A stretch of DNA of 64,000 bases from NCBI RefSeq assembly GCF_009914755.1, contig NC_060935.1; one strand, written 5' to 3'. Source of the stretch: the human T2T-CHM13v2.0 reference genome, Homo sapiens. Within the stretch, counting starts at the first letter, position 1, and each line of letters opens with the position of its first letter. This document shows, in pieces, positions 25,901 to 39,300 of this stretch. The notes beneath the pieces are model-generated. The model saw nothing but the letters and a program-made list of their open reading frames with translations. It did not search any database and was not told the origin of the DNA. The translations under genes were made by a program, and so were the position numbers.

Positions 25901-28900
25901 AGCTTTCAAACACTCTATTTGTAGAATCTGCAAGTGGATATTTGGACCACTTTGTGGCCTTCCTTCGAAACGTGTATATCTTCACATCAAACCTAGACAG
26001 AAGCATTCTCAGAATGTTTCCTGTGAAGACTGCATTCAACGCACAGAGGTGAACAATCCTGTTGATGGAGCAGTTTGAAACTCTCTTTCTTTGGAATCTG
26101 CAAGTGGATATTTGGACCTCTTTGAAGATTTCCTTGGAAAAGTGTTCATCTTCAAAGAAAAGCTAAACAGAAGCATTCTCAGAAACTCCTTTGTGTTGTT
26201 TGTGTTCCACTTCAAGAATTGAACTTTCCTCTTGACAGAGCAGCTCTGAAACTCCCTTTTTCTAGAATCTGCAAGTGGACATTTGGAGGGCTTTGAGGCC
26301 TGTGGTGGAAAAGGAAACATCTTCACATAAAACCTAGATAGAAGCATTCTCAGAAACTACTTTGTGATGATTGCATTCGACTCATAGAGTTGAACATTCC
26401 TATAGATAGAGCAGGTTGTAAACAATCTTTCTGTAGAATCTGCGATTGGAGATTTGGACTTCTTTGAGGCCTACTGTAGTAAAGGAAATAACTTCATCGA
26501 AAAACCAAGCGGAAGCATTCACAGACAATACTTTGTGATCATTGGATTGAACTAAGAGAGCTGAACATTCCTTTAGATGGCGCAGTTTCCCAACACACTT
26601 TCTGTAGAATATGCAAGTGGATATTGGGACTTCTCTGAGGATTTCGTTGGAAAAGGGATAAATTCCCAGAACTACACAGAAGCATTCTCAGAAACTACTT
26701 TGTGATGTTGCATTCAACTCACAGAGTTGAACCTTGCTTTCATAGTTCAGCTTTCAAACACTCTTTTTGTAGAAACTGCAAGTGGATATTTGGACCACTT
26801 TGTGGCCTTCCTTCGAAACGGGTATATCTTCACATCAAACCTAGACAGAAGCATTCTCACAATGTTTCCTGTGATTACTGCATTCAACGCACAGAGGTGA
26901 ACAATCCTGCTGATGGAGCAGTTTTGAATCTCTCTTTCTCTGGAATCTGAAAGTGGATATGTGGACCTATTTGAAGATTTCGTTGGAAACGGTTTCATCT
27001 TCAAAGAAAAACTAAACAGTAGCATTCTCAGAAACAACTTTGTGATGTTTGTGTTCAACTTGCAGAGTTGAACATTCCTCTTGACAGAGCAGCTATGAAA
27101 CATTGTTTTTCTAGAACCTGCAAGTGGACATTTGGAGGGTTTTGGGGCCTTTGGCGGAAACGTAAATATCTGCATATAATAACTAGATAGAAGCATTCTG
27201 AGAACCTACTTTGTGATGATTGCATTCGACTCACAGAGTTGAACCTTCCAATAGATAGAGCAGTTTGTAAACACTCCTTTTGCAGAATCTGTGATTGCTG
27301 ATTTGGACTGCATTGAGGCCTACGGTACTAAAGGAAATAACTTCATCTAAAAACCAAACGGAAGCATTCACAGAAAATTCTTTGTGATGATTGGATTGAA
27401 CTCAGAGAGCTGAACATTCCTTTAGATGCAGCAGTTTCCAAACACACTTTCTGTAGAATCTGCAAGTGGATATTTGGACCTCTCTGAGGATTTCGTTGGA
27501 AATGGGATAAATTTCCCAGAACTACACGAAAGCATTCTCAGAAACATCTTTCTCACTTTTGCATTCAACTCACAGAGTTGAACCTTCCTTTCATAGTTCA
27601 GCTTTCAAACACTCTATTTGTAGAATCTGCAAGTGGATATTTGGACCACTTTGTGGCCTTCCTTCGAAACGGGTATATCTTCACATCAAACCTAGACAGA
27701 AGCATTCTCAGAATGTTTCCTGTGATGACTGCATTCAACGCACAGAGGTGAACAATCCTGTTGATGGAGCAGTTTTGAACCTCTCTTTCTTTGGAATCTG
27801 CAAGTGGATATGTGGACCTCTTTGACGATTTCCTTGGAAACGGGTTCATCTTCAAAGAAAAACTAAACAGAAGCATTCTCAGAAACTGCTTTGTGATGTT
27901 TGTATACCACTTCAAGAATTGAACTTTCCTCTTGACAGAACAGCTCTGAAACCCTCTTTTTCTAGAATCTGCAAGTGGACATTTGGAGGGCTTTGAGGCC
28001 TGTGGTGGAAAAGGAAATATCTTCACATAAAACCTAGATAGAAGCATTCTCAGAAACTACTTTGTGATGATTGCATTCGACTCACAGAGTTGAACATTCC
28101 TATAGATAGAGCAGGTTGTAAACAATCATTTGTAGAATCTGCGATTGGAGATTTGGACTGCTTTGAGGCCTACAGTAGTAAAGGAAATAACTTCATCTAA
28201 AAACCAAGTGGAAGCATTCACAGACAATACTTTGTGATCATTGGATTGAACTAAGAGAGCTGAACATTCCTTTAGATGGCGCAGTTTCCAAACACACTTT
28301 CTGTAGAATATGCAAGTGGATATTTGGACCTCTCTGAGGATTTCGTTGGAAACGGGATAAATTCCCAGAACTACACAGAAGCATTCTCAGAAACTTCTTT
28401 GTGATGTTGCATTCAACTCACAGAGTTGAACCTTGCTTTCATTGTTCAGCTTTCAAACACTCTTTTTGTAGAGTCTGCATGTGGATATTTGGACCACTTT
28501 GTGGCCTTCCTTCGAAACGGGTATATCTTCACATCAAACCTAGACAGAAGCATTCTCAGAATGTCTCCTGTGATGACTGCATTCAACTCACAGGGGTGAA
28601 CAATCCTGTTGATGGAGCAGTTTTGAAACTCTCTTTCTTTGGAATCTGCAAATGGATGTGTGGACCTGTTTGAAGATTTCGTTGGAAATGGGTTCATCTT
28701 CACATAAAAACTAAACAGGAGCATTCTCAGAAACTGCTTTGTGATGTTTGTGTTCCACTTCAAGAATTGAACTTTCCTCTTGACAGAGCAGCTCTGAAAC
28801 CCTCTTTTTCTAGAATCTGCAAGTGGACATTTGGAGGGCTTTGGGGCCTGTGGTGGAAAAGGAAAATCTTCACATAAAAACTAGATGGAAGCATTCTCAG

Positions 28901-31900
28901 AAACTACTTTGTGATGATTGCATTCGACTCACAGAGTTGAACATTCCTATAGATAGAGCAGGTTGTAAACAATCTTTTTGTAGAATCTGCGATTGGATAT
29001 TTGGACTGTTTTGAGACCTACTGTAGTAAAGGAAATAACTTCATCTAAAAACCAAACGGAAGCATTCACAGAAAATTCTTTGTGATCATTGGATTGAACT
29101 AAGAGAGCTGAACATTCCTTTAGATGGCGCAGTTTCCAAACACACTTTCTGTAGAATCTGCAAGTGGATATTGGGAACTCTCTGAGGATTTCGTTGGAAA
29201 CGGGATAAATTCCCAGAACTGCACAGAAGCATTCTCAGAAACTTCTTTGTGATGTTGCATTCAACTCACAGACTTGAACCTTGCTTTCTTAGTTCAGCTT
29301 CCAAACACTCTTTTTGTAGAATCTGCAAGTGGATATTTGGACCACTTTGTGGCCTTCCTTCGAAACGGGAATATCTTCACATCAAACCTAGACAGAAGCA
29401 TTCTCAGAATGTTTCCTGTGATGACTGCATTCAACGCACAGAGGTGAACAATCCTGTTGATGGAGCAGTTTTGAATCTCTCTTTCTCTGGAATCTGAAAG
29501 TGGATATGTGGACCTCTTTGAAGATTTCGTTGGAAAAGGGTTCATCTTCAAAGAAAAACTAAACAGAAGCATTCTCAGAAACAACTTTGTGATGTTTGTG
29601 TTCAACTTGCAGAGTTGACCTTTCCTCTTGACAGAGCAGCTATGAAACATTGTTTTTCCAGAATCTGCAAGTGGACATTTGGAGGGTTTTGGGGCCTTTG
29701 GCGGAAACGTAAATATCTGCATATAATAACTAGATAGAAGCATTCTGAGAATCTACTTTGTGATGATTGCATTCGACTCACAGAGTTAAACCTTCCAATG
29801 GAGAAAGCAGTTTGTAAACACTCTTTTTGTAGAATCTGCGATTGCTGATTTGGACTGCATTGAGGCTTATGGTACTAAAGGAAATAACTTCATCTAAAAA
29901 CCAAACGGAAGCATTCACAGAAAATTCTTTGTGATGATTGGATTGAACTAAGAGAGCTGAACATTCCTTTAGATGGCGCAGTTTCCAAACAGACTTTATG
30001 TAGAATCTGCAAGTGGATATTTGGACCTCTGTGAGGATTTCGTTGGAAATGTGATAAACTTCCCAGAACTACACGGAAGCATTCTCAGAAACATGTGTGT
30101 CACTGTTGCATTCAACTCACAGAGTTGAACCTTCCTTTCATAGTTCAGCTTTCAAACACTCTATTTGTAGAATCTGCAAGTGGATATTTGGACCACTTTG
30201 TGGCCTTCCTTCGAAACGTGTATATCTTCACATCAAACCTAGACAGAAGCATTCTCAGAATGTTTCCTGTGAAGACTGCATTCAACGCACAGAGGTGAAC
30301 AATCCTGTTGATGGAGCAGTTTGAAACTCTCTTTCTTTGGAATCTGCAAGTGGATATTTGGACCTCTTTGAAGATTTCCTTGGAAAAGTGTTCATCTTCA
30401 AAGAAAAGCTAAACAGAAGCATTCTCAGAAACTCCTTTGTGTTGTTTGTGTTCCACTTCAAGAATTGAACTTTCCTCTTGACAGAGCAGCTCTGAAACTC
30501 CCTTTTTCTAGAATCTGCAAGTGGACATTTGGAGGGCTTTGAGGCCTGTGGTGGAAAAGGAAACATCTTCACATAAAACCTAGATAGAAGCATTCTCAGA
30601 AACTACTTTGTGATGATTGCATTCGACTCATAGAGTTGAACATTCCTATAGATAGAGCAGGTTGTAAACAATCTTTCTGTAGAATCTGCGATTGGAGATT
30701 TGGACTTCTTTGAGGCCTACTGTAGTAAAGGAAATAACTTCATCTAAAAACCAAGCGGAAGCATTCACAGACAATACTTTGTGATCATTGGATTGAACTA
30801 AGAGAGCTGAACATTCCTTTAGATGGTGCAGTTTCCCAACACACTTTCTGTAGAATATGCAAGTGGATATTGGGACTTCTCTGAGGATTTCGTTGGAAAA
30901 GGGATAAATTCCCAGAACTACACAGAAGCATTCTCAGAAACTACTTTGTGATGTTGCATTCAACTCACAGAGTTGAACCTTGCTTTCATAGTTCAGCTTT
31001 CAAACACTCTTTTTGTAGAAACTGCAAGTGGATATTTGGACCACTTTGTGGCCTTCCTTCGAAACGGGTATATCTTCACATCAAACCTAGACAGAAGCAT
31101 TCTCACAATGTTTCCTGTGATTACTGCATTCAACGCACAGAGGTGAACAATCCTGCTGATGGAGCAGTTTTGAATCTCTCTTTCTCTGGAATCTGAAAGT
31201 GGATATGTGGACCTATTTGAAGATTTCGTTGGAAACGGTTTCATCTTCAAAGAAAAACTAAACAGTAGCATTCTCAGAAACAACTTTGTGATGTTTGTGT
31301 TCAACTTGCAGAGTTGAACATTCCTCTTGACAGAGCAGCTATGAAACATTGTTTTTCTAGAACCTGCAAGTGGACATTTGGAGGGTTTTGGGGCCTTTGG
31401 CGGAAACGTAAATATCTGCATATAATAACTAGATAGAAGCATTCTGAGAACCTACTTTGTGATGATTGCATTCGACTCACAGAGTTGAACCTTCCAATAG
31501 ATAGAGCAGTTTGTAAACACTCCTTTTGCAGAATCTGTGATTGCTGACTTGGACTGCATTGAGGCCTACGGTACTAAAGGAAATAACTTCATCTAAAAAC
31601 CAAACGGAAGCATTCACAGAAAATTCTTTGTGATGATTGGATTGAACTCAGAGAGCTGAACATTCCTTTAGATGCAGCAGTTTCCAAACACACTTTCTGT
31701 AGAATCTGCAAGTGGATATTTGGACCTCTCTGAGGATTTCGTTGGAAATGGGATAAATTTCCCAGAACTACACGAAAGCATTCTCAGAAACATCTTTCTC
31801 ACTTTTGCATTCAACTCACAGAGTTGAACCTTCCTTTCATAGTTCAGCTTTCAAACACTCTATTTGTAGAATCTGCAAGTGGATATTTGGACCACTTTGT

Positions 31901-34900
31901 GGCCTTCCTTCGAAACGGGTATATCTTCACATCAAACCTAGACAGAAGCATTCTCAGAATGTTTCCTGTGATGACTGCATTCAACGCACAGAGGTGAACA
32001 ATCCTGTTGATGGAGCAGTTTTGAACCTCTCTTTCTTTGGAATCTGCAAGTGGATATGTGGACCTCTTTGACGATTTCCTTGGAAACGGGTTCATCTTCA
32101 AAGAAAAACTAAACAGAAGCATTCTCAGAAACTGCTTTGTGATGTTTGTATTCCACTTCAAGAATTGAACTTTCCTCTTGACAGAACAGCTCTGAAACCC
32201 TCTTTTTCTAGAATCTGCAAGTGGACATTTGGAGGGCTTTGAGGCCTGTGGTGGAAAAGGAAATATCTTCACATAAAACCTAGATAGAAGCATTCTCAGA
32301 AACTACTTTGTGATGATTGCATTCGACTCACAGAGTTGAACATTCCTATAGATAGAGCAGGTTGTAAACAATCATTTGTAGAATCTGCGATTGGAGATTT
32401 GGACTGCTTTGAGGCCTACAGTAGTAAAGGAAATAACTTCATCTAAAAACCAAGTGGAAGCATTCACAGACAATACTTTGTGATCATTGGATTGAACTAA
32501 GAGAGCTGAACATTCCTTTAGATGGCGCAGTTTCCAAACACACTTTCTGTAGAATATGCAAGTGGATATTTGGACCTCTCTGAGGATTTCGTTGGAAACG
32601 GGATAAATTCCCAGAACTACACAGAAGCATTCTCAGAAACTTCTTTGTGATGTTGCATTCAACTCACAGAGTTGAACCTTGCTTTCATTGTTCAGCTTTC
32701 AAACACTCTTTTTGTAGAGTCTGCATGTGGATATTTGGACCACTTTGTGGCCTTCCTTCGAAACGGGTATATCTTCACATCAAACCTAGACAGAAGCATT
32801 CTCAGAATGTCTCCTGTGATGACTGCATTCAACTCACAGAGGTGAACCATCCTGCTGATGGAGCAGTTTTGAAACTCTCTTTCTTTGGAATCTGCAAATG
32901 GATGTGTGGACCTGTTTGAAGATTTCGTTGGAAACGGGTTCATCTTCACATAAAAACTAAACAGGAGCATTCTCAGAAACTGCTTTGTGATGTTTGTGTT
33001 CCACTTCAAGAATTGAACTTTCCTCTTGACAGAGCAGCTCTGAAACCCTCTTTTTCTAGAATCTGCAAGTGGACATTTGGAGGGCTTTGGGGCCTGTGGT
33101 GGAAAAGGAAAATCTTCACATAAAAACTAGATGGAAGCATTCTCAGAAACTACTTTGTGATGATTGCATTCGACTCACAGAGTTGAACATTCCTATAGAT
33201 AGAGCAGGTTGTAAACAATCTTTTTGTAGAATCTGCGATTGGATATTTGGACTGTTTTGAGACCTACTGTAGTAAAGGAAATAACTTCATCTAAAAACCA
33301 AACGGAAGCATTCACAGAAAATTCTTTGTGATCATTGGATTGAACTAAGAGAGCTGAACATTCCTTTAGATGGCGCAGTTTCCAAACACACTTTCTGTAG
33401 AATCTGCAAGTGGATATTGGGAACTCTCTGAGGATTTCGTTGGAAACGGGATAAATTCCCAGAACTGCACAGAAGCATTCTCAGAAACTTCTTTGTGATG
33501 TTGCATTCAACTCACAGACTTGAACCTTGCTTTCATAGTTCAGCTTCCAAACACTCTTTTTGTAGAATCTGCAAGTGGATATTTGGACCACTTTGTGGCC
33601 TTCCTTCGAAACGGGAATATCTTCACACCAAACCTAGACAGAAGCATTCTCAGAATGTTTCCTGTGATGACTGCATTCAACGCACAGAGGTGAACAATCC
33701 TGTTGATGGAGCAGTTTTGAATCTCTCTTTCTCTGGAATCTGCAAGTGGATATGTGGACCTCTTTGAAGATTTCGTTGGAAAAGGGTTCATCTTCAAAGA
33801 AAAACTAAACAGAAGCATTCTCAGAAACAACTTTGTGATGTTTGTGTTCAACTTGCAGAGTTGACCTTTCCTCTTGACAGAGCAGCTATGAAACATTGTT
33901 TTTCTAGAATCTGCAAGTGGACATTTGGAGGGTTTTGGGGCCTTTGGCAGAAACGTAAATATCTGCATATAATAACTAGATAGAAGCATTCTGAGAATCT
34001 ACTTTGTGATGATTGCATTCGACTCACAGAGTTAAACCTTCCAATGGAGAAAGCAGTTTGTAAACACTCTTTTTGTAGAATCTGCGATTGCTGATTTGGA
34101 CTGCATTGAGGCCTACGGTACTAAAGGAAATAACTTCATCTAAAAACCAAACGGAAGCATTCGCAGAAAATTCTTTGTGATGATTGGATTGAACTAAGAG
34201 AGCTGAACATTCCTTTAGATGGCGCAGTTTCCAAACAGACTTTATGTAGAATCTGCAAGTGGATATTTGGACCTCTCTGAGGATTTCGTTGGAAATGTGA
34301 TAAACTTCCCAGAACTACACGGAAGCATTCTCAGAAACATGTGTGTCACTGTTGCATTCAACTCACAGAGTTGAACCTTCCTTTCATAGTTCAGCTTTCA
34401 AACACTCTATTTGTAGAATCTGCAAGTGGATATTTGGACCACTTTGTGGCCTTCCTTCGAAACGTGTATATCTTCACATCAAACCTAGACAGAAGCATTC
34501 TCAGAATGTTTCCTGTGAAGACTGCATTCAACGCACAGAGGTGAACAATCCTGTTGATGGAGCAGTTTGAAACTCTCTTTCTTTGGAATCTGCAAGTGGA
34601 TATTTGGACCTCTTTGAAGATTTCCTTGGAAAAGTGTTCATCTTCAAAGAAAAGCTAAACAGAAGCATTCTCAGAAACTCCTTTGTGTTGTTTGTGTTCC
34701 ACTTCAAGAATTGAACTTTCCTCTTGACAGAGCAGCTCTGAAACTCCCTTTTTCTAGAATCTGCAAGTGGACATTTGGAGGGCTTTGAGGCCTGTGGTGG
34801 AAAAGGAAACATCTTCACATAAAACCTAGATAGAAGCATTCTCAGAAACTACTTTGTGATGATTGCATTCGACTCATAGAGTTGAACATTCCTATAGATA

Positions 34901-36020
34901 GAGCAGGTTGTAAACAATCTTTCTGTAGAATCTGCGATTGGAGATTTGGACTTCTTTGAGGCCTACTGTAGTAAAGGAAATAACTTCATCGAAAAACCAA
35001 GCGGAAGCATTCACAGACAATACTTTGTGATCATTGGATTGAACTAAGAGAGCTGAACATTCCTTTAGATGGCGCAGTTTCCCAACACACTTTCTGTAGA
35101 ATATGCAAGTGGATATTGGGACTTCTCTGAGGATTTCGTTGGAAAAGGGATAAATTCCCAGAACTACACAGAAGCATTCTCAGAAACTACTTTGTGATGT
35201 TGCATTCAACTCACAGAGTTGAACCTTGCTTTCATAGTTCAGCTTTCAAACACTCTTTTTGTAGAAACTGCAAGTGGATATTTGGACCACTTTGTGGCCT
35301 TCCTTCGAAACGGGTATATCTTCACATCAAACCTAGACAGAAGCATTCTCACAATGTTTCCTGTGATGACTGCATTCAACGCACAGAGGTGAACAATCCT
35401 GCTGATGGAGCAGTTTTGAATCTCTCTTTCTCTGGAATCTGAAAGTGGATATGTGGACCTATTTGAAGATTTCGTTGGAAACGGTTTCATCTTCAAAGAA
35501 AAACTAAACAGTAGCATTCTCAGAAACAACTTTGTGATGTTTGTGTTCAACTTGCAGAGTTGAACATTCCTCTTGACAGAGCAGCTATGAAACATTGTTT
35601 TTCTAGAACCTGCAAGTGGACATTTGGAGGGTTTTGGGGCCTTTGGCGGAAACGTAAATATCTGCATATAATAACTAGATAGAAGCATTCTGAGAACCTA
35701 CTTTGTGATGATTGCATTCGACTCACAGAGTTGAACCTTCCAATAGATAGAGCAGTTTGTAAACACTCCTTTTGCAGAATCTGTGATTGCTGATTTGGAC
35801 TGCATTGAGGCCTACGGTACTAAAGGAAATAACTTCATCTAAAAACCAAACGGAAGCATTCACAGAAAATTCTTTGTGATGATTGGATTGAACTCAGAGA
35901 GCTGAACATTCCTTTAGATGCAGCAGTTTCCAAACACACTTTCTGTAGAATCTGCAAGTGGATATTTGGACCTCTCTGAGGATTTCGTTGGAAACGGGAT
36001 AAACTTCCCAGAACTACACG
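19037..36020 (+). repeat. Four tandem 25-mer HOR copies (c-d-e-a-b, 4,246 bp each)
   Basis: ORF periodicity 19067/23313/27559/31805, 19909/24155/28401/32647, 21603/25849/30095/34341; 19037+4x4246=36021; pentamer spacings 851+848+848+851+848=4246. Confidence 0.94.
35983..35999 (+). other. Canonical CENP-B box at the array 2/3 junction (W1-type; recurs every 850 bp downstream)
   Basis: tttcgttggaaacggga, where other pentamer-b copies have tttcgttggaaaTggga. Confidence 0.9.
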
Positions 36021-36149
36021 GAAGCATTCTCAGAAAATTCTTTGTGATGTTTGCATTCAACTCACAGAGTTGAACCTTGCTTTCATAGTTCAGCTTTCAA
36101 ACACTCTTTTTGTAGAATCTGCAAGTGGATATTTGGACCACTTTGTGGC

Positions 36150-36166
36150 CTTCCTTCGAAACGGGT
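36150..36166 (+). other. Degenerate CENP-B box of the W2-type monomer (predicted non-binding; fixed in all three arrays)
   Basis: cttCCttcgaaacgggt: TTCG core changed to TTCC. Confidence 0.75.
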
Positions 36167-36320
36167 ATATCTTCACATCAAACCTAGACAGAAGCATTCT
36201 CAGAACGTTCCCTGTGATGACTGCATTCAACTCACAGAGGTGAACAATCCCGTAGATGGAACAGTTTTGAAACTCTCTTTCTTTGGATTCTGCAAGTGGA
36301 TATGTGGACCTCTTTGAAGA

Positions 36321-36337
36321 TTTCGTTGGAAACGGGT
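36321..36337 (+). other. Core-intact CENP-B box (W3-type; recurs every 850 bp)
   Basis: tttcgttggaaacgggt satisfies NTTCGNNNNANNCGGGN. Confidence 0.88.
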
Positions 36338-39300
36338 TCACCTTCACATAAAAACTAAACAGAAGCATTCTCAGAAACTGCTTTGTGATGTTTTTGTTCC
36401 ACTTCAAGAACTGAACTTTCTTCTTGACAGAGCAGCTCTGAAACCCTCTTTTTCTAGAATCTGCAAGTGGACATTTGGAGGGCTTTGAGGCCAGTGGTGG
36501 AAAAGGAAAATCTTCACATAAAAACTAGATGGAAGCATTCTCAGAAACTGCTTTGTGATGATTGTATTCGACTCACAGAGTTGAATATTCCTATAGATAG
36601 AGCAGGTTGTAAACAATCTTTTTGTAGAACCTGTGATTGGAGATTTGGACTGCTTTGAGGCCTACTGTTGTAAAGCAAATAACTTCATCTAAAACCCAAA
36701 TGGAAGCATTCACAGAGAATACTTAGTGATCATTGGATTAAACTAGGAGAGCTGAACATTACTTCAGATGACGCAGTTTCCAAACACACTTTCTGTAGAA
36801 TCTGCAACTGGATATCTGGACCTCTCTGAGGATTTCGTTGGAAACGGGATAAACTTCCCAGAACTACACGGATGCATTCCCAGAAACTTCTTTGTGATGT
36901 TTGCATTCAACTCACAGAGTTGAACCTTGCTTTCATAGTTCAGCTTTCAAACACTCTTTTTGTAGAATCTGCAAGTGGATATTTGGACCACTTTGTGGCC
37001 TTCCTTCGAAACGGGTATATCTTCACATCAAACCTAGACAGAAGCATTCTCAGAATGTTTCCTGTGATGACTGCATTCAACTCACAGAGGTGAACAATCC
37101 TGTTGATGGAGCAGTTTTGAAACTCTCTTTCTTTGGATTCTGCAAGTTGATATGTGGACCTCTGTGAAGATTTCGTTTGAAATGGGTTCATCTTCACAGA
37201 AAAACTAAACAGAAGCATTCTCAGAAACTGCTTTGTGATGTTTGTGTTCCACTTCAAGAATTGAACATTCCTCTTGACAGAGCAGCTCTGAAACCCTCTT
37301 TTTCTAGAATCTGCAAGTGGACATTTGGAGGGCTTTGAGGCCTGTGGTGGAAAAGGAAAATCTTCACATAAAAACTAGATGGAAGCATTCTCAGAAACTA
37401 CTTTGTGATGATTGCATTCGACTCACAGAGTTGAACATTCCTATAGATAGAGCAGGTTGTAAACAATCTTTTTGTAGAATCTGCGATTGGAGATTTGGAC
37501 TGCTTTGAGGCCTACTGTAGTAAAGGAAAGAACTTCATCTAAAAACCAAACGGAAGCATTCACAGACAATTCTTAGTGATCATTGGATTGAACTAACAGA
37601 GCTGAACATTCCTTTAGATGGCGCAGTTTCCAAACACACTTTCTGTAGAATCTGCAAGTGGATGTTTGGACCTCTCTGAGGATTTCGTTGGAAACGGGAT
37701 AAACTTCCCAGAACTACACGGAAGCATTCTGAGAAACTTCTTTGTGATGTTTGCATTCAACTCACAGAGTTGAACCTTGCTTTCATTGTTCAGCTTTCAA
37801 ACACTCTTTTTGTAGAATCTGCAAGTGGATATTTGGACCACTTTGTGGCCTTCCTTCGAAACGGGTATATCTTCACATCAAACCTAGACAGAAGCATTCT
37901 CAGAATGTTTCCTGAGATGACTGCATTCAACTCACAGAGGTGAACAATCCTGCTGATGGAGCAGTTTTGAAACTCTCTTTCTTTGGATTCTGCAAGTGGA
38001 TATGTGGACCTCTGTGAAGATTTCGTTGGAAACGGGTTCATCTTCACAGAAAAACTAAACAGAAGCATTCTCAGAAACTGCTTTGTCATGTTTGTGTTCC
38101 ACTTCAGGAATTGAACTTTCCTCTTGACAGAGCAGCTCTGTAACCCTCTTATTCTAGAATCTGCAAGTGGACATTTGGAGGGCTTTGAGGCCTGTGGTGG
38201 AAAAGGAAAATCTTCACATAAAAACTAGATGGAAGCATTCTCAGAGACTACTTTGTGATGATTGCATTCGACTCACAGAGTTGAACATTCCTATAGATAG
38301 AGCAGGTTGTAAACAATCTTTTTGTAGAATCTGCGATTGGAGATTTGGACTGCTTTGAGGCCTACTGTAGTAAAGGAAATAACTTCATTTAAAAACCAAA
38401 CGGAACCATTCACAGACAATTCTTAGTGATCATTGCATTGAACTAACAGAGCTGAACATTCCTTTAGATGGAGCAGTTTCCAAACACACTTTCTGTAGAA
38501 TCTGCAAGTGGATATTTGGACTTCTCTGAGGATTTCGTTGGAAACGGGATAAACTTCCCAGAACTACAGGGAAGCATTGTGAGAAACTTCTTTGTGATGT
38601 TTGCATTCAACTCACAGAGTTGAACCTTGCTTTCATAGTTCAGCTTTCAAACACTCTTTTTGTAGAATCTGCAAGTGGATATTTGGACCACTTTGTGGCC
38701 TTCCTTCGAAACGGGTATATCTTCACATCAAACCTAGACAGAAGCATTCTCAGAATGTTTCCTGTGATGACTGCATTCAACTCACAGAGGTGAACAATCC
38801 TGCTGATGGAGCAGTTTTGAAACTCTCTTTCTTTGGATTCTGCAAGTGGATATGTGGACCTCTGTGAAGATTTCGTTGGAAACGGGTTCATCTTCACAGA
38901 AAAACTAAACAGAAGCATTCTCAGAAACTGCTTTGTTATGTTTGTGTTCCACTTCAAGAATTGAACTTTCCTCTTGACAGAGCAGCTCTGAAACCCTCTT
39001 ATTCTAGAATCTGCAAGTTGACATTTGGAGGGCTTTGAGGCCTGTGGTGGAAAAGGAAAATCTTCACATAAAAACTAGATGGAAGCATTCTCAGAACCTA
39101 CTTTGTGATGATTGCATTCGACTCACAGAGTTGAACATTCCTATAGATAGAGCAGGTTGTAAACAATCTTTTTGTAGAATCTGCGATTGGAAATTTGGAC
39201 TGCTTTGAGGCCTACTGTAGTAAAGGAAATAACTTCATCTAAAAACCAAACGGAAGCATTCACAGACAATTCTTAGTGATCATTGGATTGAACTAACAGA

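Larger units (their letters stand above)
9811..35990 (+). repeat. HOR array 2: ~26-kb array of diverged pentamers a-e (25-mer HOR and 15-mer derivatives), CENP-B-box poor
   Basis: Pentamer-scale spacing of 848-851 bp with low neighbour identity but near-identity at 4,246-bp and 2,547-bp offsets. Array-specific markers include tcaacgcacagagg, cttcaaagaaaaac, ctttggcggaaacgtaaa. Confidence 0.93.

Noticed and set aside
36150-36166. Third CENP-B box per pentamer (cttccttcgaaacgggt)
   Set aside because: Fails the TTCG core in the correct register; the internal ttcg is not spaced correctly from cggg.
36580-36610. TATA-like cctatagatag motif and short palindromes (ttcgaa, tctaga) as promoters or hairpins
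   Set aside because: These are ordinary alphoid monomer content repeated in each unit; there is no sequence-only evidence of regulatory function.
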